Below are positions 35,362-44,899 of a stretch of 64,000 bases of DNA, one piece after another. Source of the DNA: Bacteroidales bacterium (GTDB lineage Bacteria; Bacteroidota; Bacteroidia; Bacteroidales; P3). Location: assembly GCA_017439185.1 (NCBI GenBank), contig JAFRTM010000006.1:7979-71978 (forward strand), written 5' to 3'. The position numbers and the translations under genes were made by a program. Numbering within the stretch: position 1 is the first letter of the stretch; each line of letters opens with the position of its first letter. The notes under the pieces are model-generated. The model did no database searches and had not been told where the DNA came from. It saw only the letters and a program-made list of their open reading frames with translations.

Positions 35362-38304
35362 CTAAAGTCGTTTTAGTTTGACTGTTCCAAGACTTCGTGA
35401 CATGGCCTTCTCTGCCGCGAAGTCGTTTTTATCAGGTGCTTCCCTTTTTCTGACTATCGGTTCTATCTGGTACCATAGGTTCCATCCGGTAAGCGGTATC
35501 GACTGATACTCCCTCTGCCTGTCCTGAAGCGGCAGGTTCGTCGGGAAGAGTTTTGCCTTGTCGAACTTCACCCTGCTGTATCCCGGAGCCGACACCTCGA
35601 AATGGGTGCAGATGTCGTTGCTCACCAGCCGGAAACGCCCTTTACTGTCGCTGTAGGTGTTCACACCCACGCTCCAGTCGTCGTTCCAACCGCGTATCAC
35701 CGCCCCTTCTATAGGATGGCCCTTTCCATCCACCACCGTTCCCGTGGTGGCGAGATTGCGGTAGGCGAGCATGTTGTAGTAGTTCACGGGCATAGTGCGT
35801 CCGGCTTGTCCTAGACAGAGGTTTTGCAGCGACTCAGCCATATCAGCAGCCGGCTTGCGGCGACCCTGCGCATCTCGCAAGCCCGTATATTGCGCTTCGA
35901 AGTTGACCCCGGAAGGACAATCCTGAAACTCCCACCAGCCATAGCCTATGGCGCCGTTAGCCCTCGCATAGAGGTATGACTCTTTCATAAAACGTTCCTG
36001 CTCGTTGTAGCTTACGCTGTCGCCGTCGGCAGGCAGGCCCGTCTCGCCCACCATCCAAGGCTTGCCGCAATAGTGGCTGTACCACCACATCTCGGCTTGC
36101 ACCCTCAGCGGATGATATGTGTGCATCTCGATGAAATCAACAGGCAGCATCGAGGGGTCCCACACAAAGACTTCTATAGGTTCGGCTGTGGCCACGGTGA
36201 AGAGCTGGTGAGGGGCATAACGGCGTGCCATATCACGCCATTCTCGCACTATTTTTACCGCATCCTCCTTTGGTCGGTCGGCAACAGGGTCGAAATAGAG
36301 CGGCTCGTTCATAAAGTCGTAAGCCCAGAGTGCCGGCAGGTCGGCAAGTCGTTTCATCAGCCCGATAGTGTAAGACCTCCAATAGTCATCTAACGGAGGC
36401 TTTATTAGCAGCATGACCCTCAGCCCGGCATCGCCAGCCTGCTGTACCATACGGCGTGTGGCGGTGTATGCCTCTGCCGTGTCGAGAGTTTCATCCACCA
36501 CATCGAGACAAATCCTCACAGCATTGAAGCCCCATGAGGCGATAGTGTCGAAATGAGATGTGATATAGTCGCCTCCATAGTATTTCATCGGAACGACACT
36601 TAGGCGTCCTTCCTTCTCACGGAACTCGGCACGATAGTTCAGCATCAGAGGGAACCACTCCGAGCGGTTTATGGCAAAATGTCCGTTGTAGAGCTGTACA
36701 TAGTCTGGTTCAAAGAAGAAGTCATCGACAGTGCTGTTGACCACGGTATCTTCCATGACAGCCAGCGAGATTCGCCCGTTGCCGGAGATACGTCGCATAT
36801 ATTTCATAAAGCCGTACTCCTTGATATTGAACAGTTCCCGCACCTTGCAGTCTTCGACCACGATATAGTCGTACGGGAAGCTTACAGCCTGCTGGACAAT
36901 ATCATCATCCAACCACATCATGCTGTACCCCTTGCGGCCCATCTGTATGAAAGGGGTGTTTTGAGGATAGGAGAAGAGCGACAGTATACGAGCATCACGA
37001 GGAACCCCCTGTTCGTCGAGCCAGACGTCCGATTCATCATAGTTGGCGAAGCACTCCACACTGCGGTCTTTTTCAGCCTTAGACTTTATCAGCTCATGCT
37101 TTGCGTTGTTGTACATCGTGCCAGCGAGCAGAATCAGCGCAACCCAACCGACCGGAGCCAGCAGTCTTCGCAGTTGCGGCAGTTGCCGCAAGGCGAGGAA
37201 CATAAGAAACAGGACAGGCAGGAAGAGGCTGTCGAGGAAATAATAGTCGTGGTCGACGAACTGACGCATCATAGCCACACAGAAAGCCACTTCACCTACA
37301 AACCATATAAGCAGCAGAAATCCAATGTTCAGTTTATTAGTCTGTCTCGCCATCCGACCTCTCCGCCACAATGGTATTCCGATTAACGCCAGGCCGACAA
37401 TGCATGCCATGATAATCTGTTGCAGCTTGCTGAAATAGCGGTACATCCAACGCTCACGCACATTGTTGTGTACGTTGACCACATCGTCCCACCCGCGAGG
37501 CAGCTCCAGTTCGTTAAGGAACAGCGAACCGTTGAGACTCCGCAGATGGGCGTTCCATAACATATATCCGATGATAAGAAGCAGCGACACCACCACCGCA
37601 GGCAGACGTTTAAGGAAAGGACTCTCTTTCCGGAACACCCGCAGCAATTCAAACGAAAAGACCGCTATGAGGACCACCGCATGTGATGTGCGCATCATGG
37701 TGGCGAGCGTAAGGAACGCTATGGACAGGTTCCAGCATCTGCCTTTGTCGGTCTGGTAGTACTTCACGTATGCCCAGAGACCGGCCGACACCAACGCCAG
37801 CGCAGGTGCCGAGACGAGGTAGTTGTTGAAGTAGTAGACGAAGAGAGGCGATGTGGCCGCCAACGTAACCACCAGCAGCGACTTCACCGTCCTCGAAGTG
37901 AGCCTCCGCCCCAGAAGGAAGAGAAACCAGAGCCCCACAACGCTGCAGAGCAGAGTCCACCCACGATAGACCCACGGAGCCGTCGTGCCAAAGAGTTTCA
38001 TCAGCAGAGCTATGATATAACCGTGAATTGGAAAATCGACAGAGGTTACAGTATTGCCGTAATCGACCTTCCACCAACCGGGAAACTGCTTGTTGTATAT
38101 ATTCGTCTCTGGATGGAACAAATCGAATCCGTTGTTCTGGAACCCTAACGAGATGGCATACCAGTCGCCCTGGGCCCAAGCATGTATATGGGCAGGATAG
38201 TCGTTTATGGTACGCAATCCGAGCAGAAGAGAAAGCACAATAATAGCAACGGCAGCTAAGATGCTGCCGTTGCATTCTGTCTTATTGAGCTTGCTATGGT
38301 TCAA
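35362..38304 (-). CDS. Fusion of a polytopic GT-C/GT39-like (ArnT/PMT-type) glycosyltransferase domain with a GH5-like (beta/alpha)8 glycoside hydrolase domain and a CarboxypepD_reg-like domain
   Basis: 980 aa. The first ~400 aa contain about 10 or more hydrophobic segments. The C-terminal soluble part carries FNAVRICLDV, the acid/base-type motif FMNEPLY, HTYHP, and the nucleophile-type motif MVGETGLP. A TGTVVDGKGHPIEGAVIRGW...GRFRLVS region follows. Confidence 0.65.
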   Translation of the reverse strand: MNHSKLNKTECNGSILAAVAIIVLSLLLGLRTINDYPAHIHAWAQGDWYAISLGFQNNGFDLFHPETNIYNKQFPGWWKVDYGNTVTSVDFPIHGYIIALLMKLFGTTAPWVYRGWTLLCSVVGLWFLFLLGRRLTSRTVKSLLVVTLAATSPLFVYYFNNYLVSAPALALVSAGLWAYVKYYQTDKGRCWNLSIAFLTLATMMRTSHAVVLIAVFSFELLRVFRKESPFLKRLPAVVVSLLLIIGYMLWNAHLRSLNGSLFLNELELPRGWDDVVNVHNNVRERWMYRYFSKLQQIIMACIVGLALIGIPLWRRGRMARQTNKLNIGFLLLIWFVGEVAFCVAMMRQFVDHDYYFLDSLFLPVLFLMFLALRQLPQLRRLLAPVGWVALILLAGTMYNNAKHELIKSKAEKDRSVECFANYDESDVWLDEQGVPRDARILSLFSYPQNTPFIQMGRKGYSMMWLDDDIVQQAVSFPYDYIVVEDCKVRELFNIKEYGFMKYMRRISGNGRISLAVMEDTVVNSTVDDFFFEPDYVQLYNGHFAINRSEWFPLMLNYRAEFREKEGRLSVVPMKYYGGDYITSHFDTIASWGFNAVRICLDVVDETLDTAEAYTATRRMVQQAGDAGLRVMLLIKPPLDDYWRSYTIGLMKRLADLPALWAYDFMNEPLYFDPVADRPKEDAVKIVREWRDMARRYAPHQLFTVATAEPIEVFVWDPSMLPVDFIEMHTYHPLRVQAEMWWYSHYCGKPWMVGETGLPADGDSVSYNEQERFMKESYLYARANGAIGYGWWEFQDCPSGVNFEAQYTGLRDAQGRRKPAADMAESLQNLCLGQAGRTMPVNYYNMLAYRNLATTGTVVDGKGHPIEGAVIRGWNDDWSVGVNTYSDSKGRFRLVSNDICTHFEVSAPGYSRVKFDKAKLFPTNLPLQDRQREYQSIPLTGWNLWYQIEPIVRKREAPDKNDFAAEKAMSRSLGTVKLKRL

Positions 38305-38316
38305 TCTCGTGACGAC

Positions 38317-41244
38317 TTAGTATCCGAAGATATCTTCCAGCTTCAGTTTCTTCACCTTGCCGAACTTGCCGAGGGCGTTGAAGTCCATGTCGGCTTCCTT
38401 GCCGAGGCACATATAGACTTTCTTCTGGCCCTTGATGTACTTCTTGTTGAAGTCTATGACGTTCTGCATGGTCACTTTCGGATAAGCCTCGAAGAGTATC
38501 TTGGCGCGAGGTTTCTTGGGATCCAATCCCATCTTCTCGTAGTAGAGGTAATTGTTGATGATGCCCATCTTGGTGGTTCTGGCAGTACGAATGCCGCTTA
38601 TTTCTGCATCTTTAGCCATCTTGAAGTTGGCTTCAGCCACAGGCATATTGTCAAACAGCTCGTTGAAGGCGTTCATGGCGTCGATGAGTTTGTCGTTCTG
38701 TGTAGCGATGATGGCAGCGTTGGTGAAATAGCCGTCTTTGTCGCCAGGTGTGGCATAGTAGCTCTGTGCACTGTAGGCGAGCGAACGTTTCTCACGCATC
38801 TCCTGGAACACTATGGCGTTCATCGAACCGCCGAAGTACTCGTTGAAGATGTCCATGACAGCCTCGTTCTTGGTGTTGAACTTCTCGCCGCGGAAATGCT
38901 CGCGCATATAGGTCTGGTTGGCATTGTAGTCAACGAAATATACGGTGTTCTCGGATACGGCCTTCGGAGTGATTTTCTTGTTGGCGGGAGCCTTCTGCAG
39001 CTTGGCAGGAGTCTTGTGTATGCTGGCGATGGTCTTGGCGATGATGTCGTCAGGCTCCGGACCGTAGAAGAGCACCCTGTGCTGATAGCCGCAGAGTGAG
39101 TGCAGCGCATCGGTGAGCTGACTGCATTTCATAGCTTTCAGCTGGTCGGCGCTGAGCATATCCAGGCTCGGCGAGTCTTCACCGTAGATTCCGTAGTTGC
39201 CCAAAGCGCGGAAGCAGCTCTGCTGGTTGTGCTTGGCGTTCTCACGAGATTTGAGGATACGGGCCACAAGCATCTGCAGGGCCTGGTCGTTGGGCTGTGC
39301 GTCGGAGAGAATCTCTTCCACAAGCTTCATGGCGGCTTCCATGTTCTCGCTCAAACCGCTGATGCTGATGTTTATATTCTCGGCTCCCACGCTCACGCTG
39401 TAGTTACAGGCGAGTTTGTAGAATTCTTCCTGCAGTTGATCGGAAGTATGTTTCGATGTGCCGAGGTAGTCGAGCACGTCGGCTGCCAAGTCGAGAGTTT
39501 TACCCAACTGTCCGGCTCTCTCGCCGAAGTCGAAGCGATAAATGAGGTTGAACGTCTTGTTCTCCTTGTTCTGCACATAGAGCATCTCGCTGCCGTTGGC
39601 CAGTTTGCGTTTGGTGAGGTCTTTCGAGAAATCTACAAAGACAGGCTCTATAGGCGTCACCTGACGGGCTTTGATCTCTTTCAGGAAGGCGCTCTCGTTG
39701 TCACGACCCACCTCGATGGGAGTGATGGGGGGCTTGGAGACTTTGAGGATAGGCTCTGGCTCTCCCTGCAGTTTGTTGATGACTACATAGTTGTTGTCCT
39801 TGAACAGACGGTTGGCGAAATCGACAATCTCTTTCTTTGTAATCTTGGAAAGCTCGTTGACTTCGTTGCAGACGTCGCCCCAGTTGCGGTGCTCTACGAA
39901 GGCGTAGGCCATCTGGCTAGCGCGGCTGTTGTTGCTCTCGGCGCGTTTCATGATGCTCAGTTTCATGTTGTTGATGGCGGCTTCCAGCATCCAGTCGTCG
40001 AACTTGCCTTGTTTCACGAGGGCAATCTGCTCGTCGAAGAGGGCCTGCACCTGCTCGAGGGTCTGTCCCTGCAAGGGCTGGCCGCCGAACACGAATGCAC
40101 CGTAGTCGTTGAGTGTATAGGTGCCGGCGTATGCGCCCATGCATTTCTGCTGCTGGTTGATGTTGAGGTCGAGGAGACCGCATTTGCCGTTGTTCAGCAC
40201 ACTTTCCAACAGGTCGGCCAACATGGCGTCGTGGCTGCCGTTGCCGCTGTCGAGGCGGTAGGCGCGCACGGTGCTTTCGGCATCGAGGCCAGACACGGTC
40301 TTGGTGATAACGCTGGTGATAGGCTGCTCACGCTCGAATTTCAGTTCGGGCACAGGGCTGGGTTTCATGTTGCTCCAGTATTTGTCGATAATCTTTATTG
40401 CCTCATCGGGGTCAAAGTCACCGGCCATGCTGATGCAGATGTTGTTGGGCACATAGTAGGTGGAGACGAAGTTGCGGATGTTGCGCATCGAGGGGTTTTT
40501 CAGGTGTTCCTGGCTTCCGAGAGTGGTCTGGTTGCCGTAGGGGTGATGGGGGAAGAGTGCTGCAAACATGGCGTCGTTCACCTTGCGGTTGTCTTTGGTG
40601 AGGCTCATGTTCTTCTCTTCGTAGATGGTCTCCAGCTCGGTGTGGAAGAGGCGGAGAACGAGGTTCTGGAAGCGGTCGGCCTGTATTTCGCACCAGGTCT
40701 CTATCTGGTTGTTGGGGATATTCTCCACGTACATCGTGTAATCGTTGGAGGTGAAGGCATTGGTGCCTGTCGAGCCGATGGCGGTCATGGCCTTGTCGTA
40801 CTCGTTGGCTACGGCAATCTTCGAAGCCTCATAGCTCAGGCTGTCGATCTTGTGGTAGATGGCGGCACGGGTGGCCTGGTCGTCGAACATGCGGTAAGCC
40901 TCGAACAGGTCTTCAATTTTCTGAATCAGGACTTTCTCTTTCTCCCAGTCGGTGGTGCCGAGTTTCTGGGTACCTTTGAACATCATGTGCTCGAGATAGT
41001 GGGCCAGTCCTGTGGTCTCGTGCGGGTCGTTGCGCGAGCCGGCACGGACTGCGATATAAGTCTGCACCTTGGGTGCGTCCTTATAGACGCTCATAAACAC
41101 TTTCAGACCGTTGTCGAGGGTGTACTCACGCACGCCCAGCGGGTCGTTGGGATAGGTCTTGTAACTGTACTTCTGGGCCATCGCTGTTGTTCCGGCTATC
41201 AGCACGGCGAACAACAAACCCATTGCCATTGAGATTTTTTTCAT
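38317..41244 (-). CDS. M16 (pitrilysin/insulinase) family zinc peptidase, double-length
   Basis: 975 aa with a signal peptide and the inverted zinc motif GLAHYLEHMMFKGT (HxxEH). Confidence 0.88.
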   Translation of the reverse strand: MKKISMAMGLLFAVLIAGTTAMAQKYSYKTYPNDPLGVREYTLDNGLKVFMSVYKDAPKVQTYIAVRAGSRNDPHETTGLAHYLEHMMFKGTQKLGTTDWEKEKVLIQKIEDLFEAYRMFDDQATRAAIYHKIDSLSYEASKIAVANEYDKAMTAIGSTGTNAFTSNDYTMYVENIPNNQIETWCEIQADRFQNLVLRLFHTELETIYEEKNMSLTKDNRKVNDAMFAALFPHHPYGNQTTLGSQEHLKNPSMRNIRNFVSTYYVPNNICISMAGDFDPDEAIKIIDKYWSNMKPSPVPELKFEREQPITSVITKTVSGLDAESTVRAYRLDSGNGSHDAMLADLLESVLNNGKCGLLDLNINQQQKCMGAYAGTYTLNDYGAFVFGGQPLQGQTLEQVQALFDEQIALVKQGKFDDWMLEAAINNMKLSIMKRAESNNSRASQMAYAFVEHRNWGDVCNEVNELSKITKKEIVDFANRLFKDNNYVVINKLQGEPEPILKVSKPPITPIEVGRDNESAFLKEIKARQVTPIEPVFVDFSKDLTKRKLANGSEMLYVQNKENKTFNLIYRFDFGERAGQLGKTLDLAADVLDYLGTSKHTSDQLQEEFYKLACNYSVSVGAENINISISGLSENMEAAMKLVEEILSDAQPNDQALQMLVARILKSRENAKHNQQSCFRALGNYGIYGEDSPSLDMLSADQLKAMKCSQLTDALHSLCGYQHRVLFYGPEPDDIIAKTIASIHKTPAKLQKAPANKKITPKAVSENTVYFVDYNANQTYMREHFRGEKFNTKNEAVMDIFNEYFGGSMNAIVFQEMREKRSLAYSAQSYYATPGDKDGYFTNAAIIATQNDKLIDAMNAFNELFDNMPVAEANFKMAKDAEISGIRTARTTKMGIINNYLYYEKMGLDPKKPRAKILFEAYPKVTMQNVIDFNKKYIKGQKKVYMCLGKEADMDFNALGKFGKVKKLKLEDIFGY

Positions 41245-41279
41245 ATTATTGTGTTTTGATTATTAATATTCATTTTTTG

Positions 41280-43415
41280 TCATTCTCCGAGTGTTTCCAC
41301 CGTTTTCACCTTCATCTGCCCTCCTTCGTTCACTATCGTCACTTTGTAGTTCAGGTAAGGGCTTGTGACGTACAGGTCTCGTTGCTGCCCTTCGGCTATA
41401 GAGGTCTCAAACGCCAGATGTATATAACTGCCTTTCAAATAATTCTCTTTCGGTGCAACTCCTTCGCCCATTGTAAATGTCGGGTTGATGAGTATCAATT
41501 CCCTCGGCATCTCTATGTTCAGCAGGGGTTTGGCTTTCCTCAGCAGTTTGCCGCCACTCGTCGCCGCACTCACTCTCGTGTTCGTCTGTATCGCCTGCTT
41601 GTACACTTTGTCGCTCTTGCTTATCGCCTTCAGGTAGGCGTCTCTCGAATGCCGCGCACTGCTGTCCAGCGCCTTCGACAGCTGCTCGTAGTTCACCGCG
41701 TGGGACTTGTTGTAGTCCACGTTGTCCGACTCGTTATAGACGTTGTCTATCCAGCAGATGCTCTTGTCGGTCATCGCTATTGCCCTCACGTCGGCTATCT
41801 CGTTGAAGTCTTTGCCCATGTAGTTCAACTCCACTCCTTCGGCTTTAGCGCTCCCACGCACTGGCACACGGTTGAACGTCGGCAGCTTCATCACGTAATA
41901 GTCTTCGGCATACATGTCGGTGAAATGGATGCACAGGAACACTCTCAGGTTCTCCAGGTCGTGGTCCGAGCGGTTGGTCACCTCCACGTCTATCGCGCTC
42001 GCATCCGACGCCAGTCCCAGGAATTTCCCTTTCTTCGCTATCTCTATGTCAATATAGTTCCGTTCCGGCAGCAGGCGGTTGAAGCTCGCCGGCATCGTCT
42101 CTTCGCACATCCGCATATCGGTCAGCAGCCCGTCGTACGACGTCTGGTTGCTTCTCCTGAAGAAGTGGTTGTATATCTCTTTCGAACAGTTCTCGAAATC
42201 GCCTTTACCGTCGTAGATTGTCGCCTTTATCAGGTTCGGCGAGAAGAAACCGATGCCCTCCATCGTCGAGCGGTACAGGTTCAGCAGGTACAGTCCTTCC
42301 CTGCTCCCGTTCAGGTAAGTCCTCGCGCGGTAGCTGTTCAGCATGTCGGTCAGCTGCTCCGACTGCCGCGGATACTCTATCGCCGCCTGGTCATAGCAGG
42401 TCAGCGCCTTGCCGTGCTGACCCTGGTAGTCATACAGGATTCCCTGAACCACCAGCGCCGGAGCGGCCTGGCCCGGATAGAGGTCCATATATTTGTCCAG
42501 CGTCCCCTGGGCCTCGGCCAGCTGACGGTCTTTCTCCGTCATCATCACGCTGTCCGTTACCTCCAGTTCCCGCTTGCCGTCGGCCTTGTTCGCACACAGC
42601 GTGTGGCCGTAGGCCTTCAGCAGCAGCGCTTCACGGTTGGTCGGGTAGTTGCTCAGTATCTTGTCGCAGTCTTTTATCACCTCCTCGGGCTGCCCGTTAT
42701 AAAGATTTATATATGCCCTGTCCTTGTCTATACACAGCTTGTCCCACTCCGTCATATATTTTGTATACACCGGCGTAAACTCCTCCAGATAGCCCAGGTA
42801 GTCTTTCTGTATCTTCTGTATCTTCTTCTTCAGTTTACCCTTCAGCTTCTGCTCCTCTTTGTATTGCTTAAACACATACTTCGCCACATTCTTGAACTCC
42901 ATGATCGCCATCATGCCCGTCACTCCTCCTTCCATTATCCCTTCCGACACCCCGGGCGCCATCTCCCCCATAGCCTGCACCGGGTCGGCACTCAGTTTCT
43001 GCACCAGCGTCGTCCACAGATTCAGGTCGTCATGCTCTTTCTGCAGCTCATATATCTCCTGTAGCACAGGCATCATCCTCTTCTTCGCGTCCAGCACCTC
43101 CGGCGCCACTCCTTCATAGTCCTGTTTCGCCAGATATTCCAGAAACGCGTCGAAATCCTTCACCTCGTGCTGCGCCACCTCCAGCGAGTTTATCACCTTT
43201 ATCGTCTTCTCCAGGTCATACTCCGGCTTCTTCTCCTCAGCCTTCTTGTCGCCGCCCAGCGACTCAAACGCTGCCTTGAACTCCTGTATCGGCTGGTAAC
43301 CCTCCGTCGAAGGCTTCTTGCTGTTCATAATCAACAACGCAGCAACCACCACCGTGGCCACCGCCAGCAGCACTCCCACTATGGTCCACCCCACTCTTTT
43401 TCCGTTTTTTGCCAT
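41280..43415 (-). CDS. Hypothetical membrane-anchored protein with TPR-like region
   Basis: 711 aa with an N-terminal TM anchor (WTIVGVLLAVATVVVAALLI) and a lysine-rich coiled region. No family recognised. Confidence 0.6.
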   Translation of the reverse strand: MAKNGKRVGWTIVGVLLAVATVVVAALLIMNSKKPSTEGYQPIQEFKAAFESLGGDKKAEEKKPEYDLEKTIKVINSLEVAQHEVKDFDAFLEYLAKQDYEGVAPEVLDAKKRMMPVLQEIYELQKEHDDLNLWTTLVQKLSADPVQAMGEMAPGVSEGIMEGGVTGMMAIMEFKNVAKYVFKQYKEEQKLKGKLKKKIQKIQKDYLGYLEEFTPVYTKYMTEWDKLCIDKDRAYINLYNGQPEEVIKDCDKILSNYPTNREALLLKAYGHTLCANKADGKRELEVTDSVMMTEKDRQLAEAQGTLDKYMDLYPGQAAPALVVQGILYDYQGQHGKALTCYDQAAIEYPRQSEQLTDMLNSYRARTYLNGSREGLYLLNLYRSTMEGIGFFSPNLIKATIYDGKGDFENCSKEIYNHFFRRSNQTSYDGLLTDMRMCEETMPASFNRLLPERNYIDIEIAKKGKFLGLASDASAIDVEVTNRSDHDLENLRVFLCIHFTDMYAEDYYVMKLPTFNRVPVRGSAKAEGVELNYMGKDFNEIADVRAIAMTDKSICWIDNVYNESDNVDYNKSHAVNYEQLSKALDSSARHSRDAYLKAISKSDKVYKQAIQTNTRVSAATSGGKLLRKAKPLLNIEMPRELILINPTFTMGEGVAPKENYLKGSYIHLAFETSIAEGQQRDLYVTSPYLNYKVTIVNEGGQMKVKTVETLGE

Positions 43416-43710
43416 ATCGTTATATTAAATACTACCAATCATAATAACGCAAATCCTCCCCCTTTATTGCCCCACCCCAAAACTTTTTTCCAAAATGCCG
43501 GTGGCCTGTAACCCCGTGTTCCGAAGGTACACTACCTTGTTAATAGTACCAATAATTACTCGGTTACTGGAAGATGTGTCTTTTTAGTTAAAAATTGTTA
43601 AAATTAGTGATTAATACACTAATAGACAACAAAGTAGTGAAAGATGACTAAAAAGTTGCAAAAAGGTTAGGTTGGGGCGATTTTAAGTAAATGCTAACTT
43701 ACTGACAACT

Positions 43711-43770
43711 AGGACTCAAGTAGGTATCAACTCTATGATAAGTCTATGGTTTATTTTTGACAAAATGGAC
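43711..43770. repeat. ~60-nt intergenic repeat, copy 2; inverted relative to 31009-31070
   Basis: The reverse complement reads GTCCATTTTGTCAAAAATAAACCATAGACTTATCATAGAGTTGATACCTACTTGAGTCCT. Confidence 0.75.
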
Positions 43771-43796
43771 ATTGGTTTCAGTGACAGTGAGGACAC

Positions 43797-43829
43797 AAAA
43801 AAATACCCCTTCCGACTCCTCAGAAGGGT
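43797..43829 (-). terminator. Intrinsic terminator after queE
   Basis: On the minus strand, ACCCTTC...GAAGGGGT forms a hairpin followed by ATTTTTTTG. It lies 25 nt downstream of the queE stop. Confidence 0.7.
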
Positions 43830-43853
43830 CCATTTTTCCCCTAGGAAATTTCC

Positions 43854-44438
43854 CTATCTTATACCCAAAAGTTTATGAACCTGCAATCCCAACCGCCACT
43901 CCGGATGTTCCAGGCAGTACCTCACCGTCTTCTCCACTATCTCCCTGTTTCTCTGCTCGTTACCCGTGTCGCACGGCTGCAGTATCCACTCTCCCACCTC
44001 CATCTCTCCGTAACTCCCCGGCTCCCGCTCCCCGTCGTACACCACCTTCAGCTCGTCTGCCTTCCTCACCACCGGCTTCCCCTCTTCACCCACGTAACCG
44101 TCTTTGGGCGAGACCGTTACCCAGTCTATTCCACTCGGCAGTTCCACCGTCCCGTTGGTCTCTATCGCCACCCGCTTCCCTGCCCGGTGCAGCAGCTCCA
44201 CCAGCTCCTCCGTCACCTGCAGCCCCGGCTCCCCTCCCGTCAGCACCGTCAGTTCCGTCTCTCCACTCCTAACCACCTCTCCCACAATCTCTTCCGCCGT
44301 CATTTCTTGCCCTCTCCCGTGGTCAGTGTCGCAAAACGGACATCGCAGGTTGCAGCCTGCGAACCTCACAAACACGGCCACCTTTCCCGCGTTCACCCCC
44401 TCGCCCTGCAGCGACCTGAATATCTCGTTTACCAACAT
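43854..44438 (-). CDS. queE: 7-carboxy-7-deazaguanine synthase (radical SAM)
   Basis: 194 aa beginning MLVNEIFRSLQGEGVNAGKVAVFVRFAGCNLRCPFCDTDH. Confidence 0.9.
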   Translation of the reverse strand: MLVNEIFRSLQGEGVNAGKVAVFVRFAGCNLRCPFCDTDHGRGQEMTAEEIVGEVVRSGETELTVLTGGEPGLQVTEELVELLHRAGKRVAIETNGTVELPSGIDWVTVSPKDGYVGEEGKPVVRKADELKVVYDGEREPGSYGEMEVGEWILQPCDTGNEQRNREIVEKTVRYCLEHPEWRLGLQVHKLLGIR

Positions 44439-44444
44439 ACCTCT

Positions 44445-44780
44445 TTAATCTTCAACCACATACGATGCCACATTCCCCTCGCTCTCCTGCACGTCAACCC
44501 GGTAGCAGCCCTTTATCCTCTCGCAGCACCACCGCGCCAAGTTCTCCGCCGTCGGGTTGCACGGCAGCACGTCGTTCAGCACCTTGTGGTCCAGCTCGTC
44601 GCCAATTAGCCGCTTGATGTCGGCAAAGTCCACAATCATGCCGTTCCGGTCCAGCTCCTTCGCCCTGCAGTAAACCGTTATCTTCCAGTTGTGTCCGTGC
44701 ACTGCCGTGCACTTGCTCGGGTAGTCCAGCTCCAGCCGGTGCGCACCCGATATCTCAATAGTCTTCGTCAGATAATACAT
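44445..44780 (-). CDS. queD: 6-carboxy-5,6,7,8-tetrahydropterin synthase
   Basis: 111 aa with SGAHRL...CTAVHGHNWKITVY. Confidence 0.88.
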   Translation of the reverse strand: MYYLTKTIEISGAHRLELDYPSKCTAVHGHNWKITVYCRAKELDRNGMIVDFADIKRLIGDELDHKVLNDVLPCNPTAENLARWCCERIKGCYRVDVQESEGNVASYVVED

Positions 44781-44823
44781 TATATTATATATTAAAATTC
44801 AAAACATGAAACTCTTAACTTAG

Positions 44824-44899
44824 AACGTTTCTAAAAGCGAGAGCAGAAAAGTTTACTTTTATGCCGAGCAAAGGAAACGTCTTTCGCAAAGCGAAAAAC
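44824..44899. repeat. Structured ~77-nt intergenic repeat element, second copy, inside the queC-queD spacer
   Basis: Aligns with 9952-10028 and ends exactly at the queC stop codon (44900-44902). Contains GGAAACGTCTTTCGCAAAGCGAAAAAC. Confidence 0.75.

Noticed and set aside
39100-43064. 710-aa and 625-aa plus-strand ORFs (39100..41232 and 41187..43064).
   Set aside because: They lie antisense to the M16 peptidase (HxxEH motif) and the 711-aa membrane protein. Their composition is typical of shadow frames.
43757-44609. Pro/Ser-rich plus-strand ORFs (43757..44272 and 43875..44609).
   Set aside because: They are antisense to queE and queD, which have unambiguous radical-SAM and PTPS motifs.
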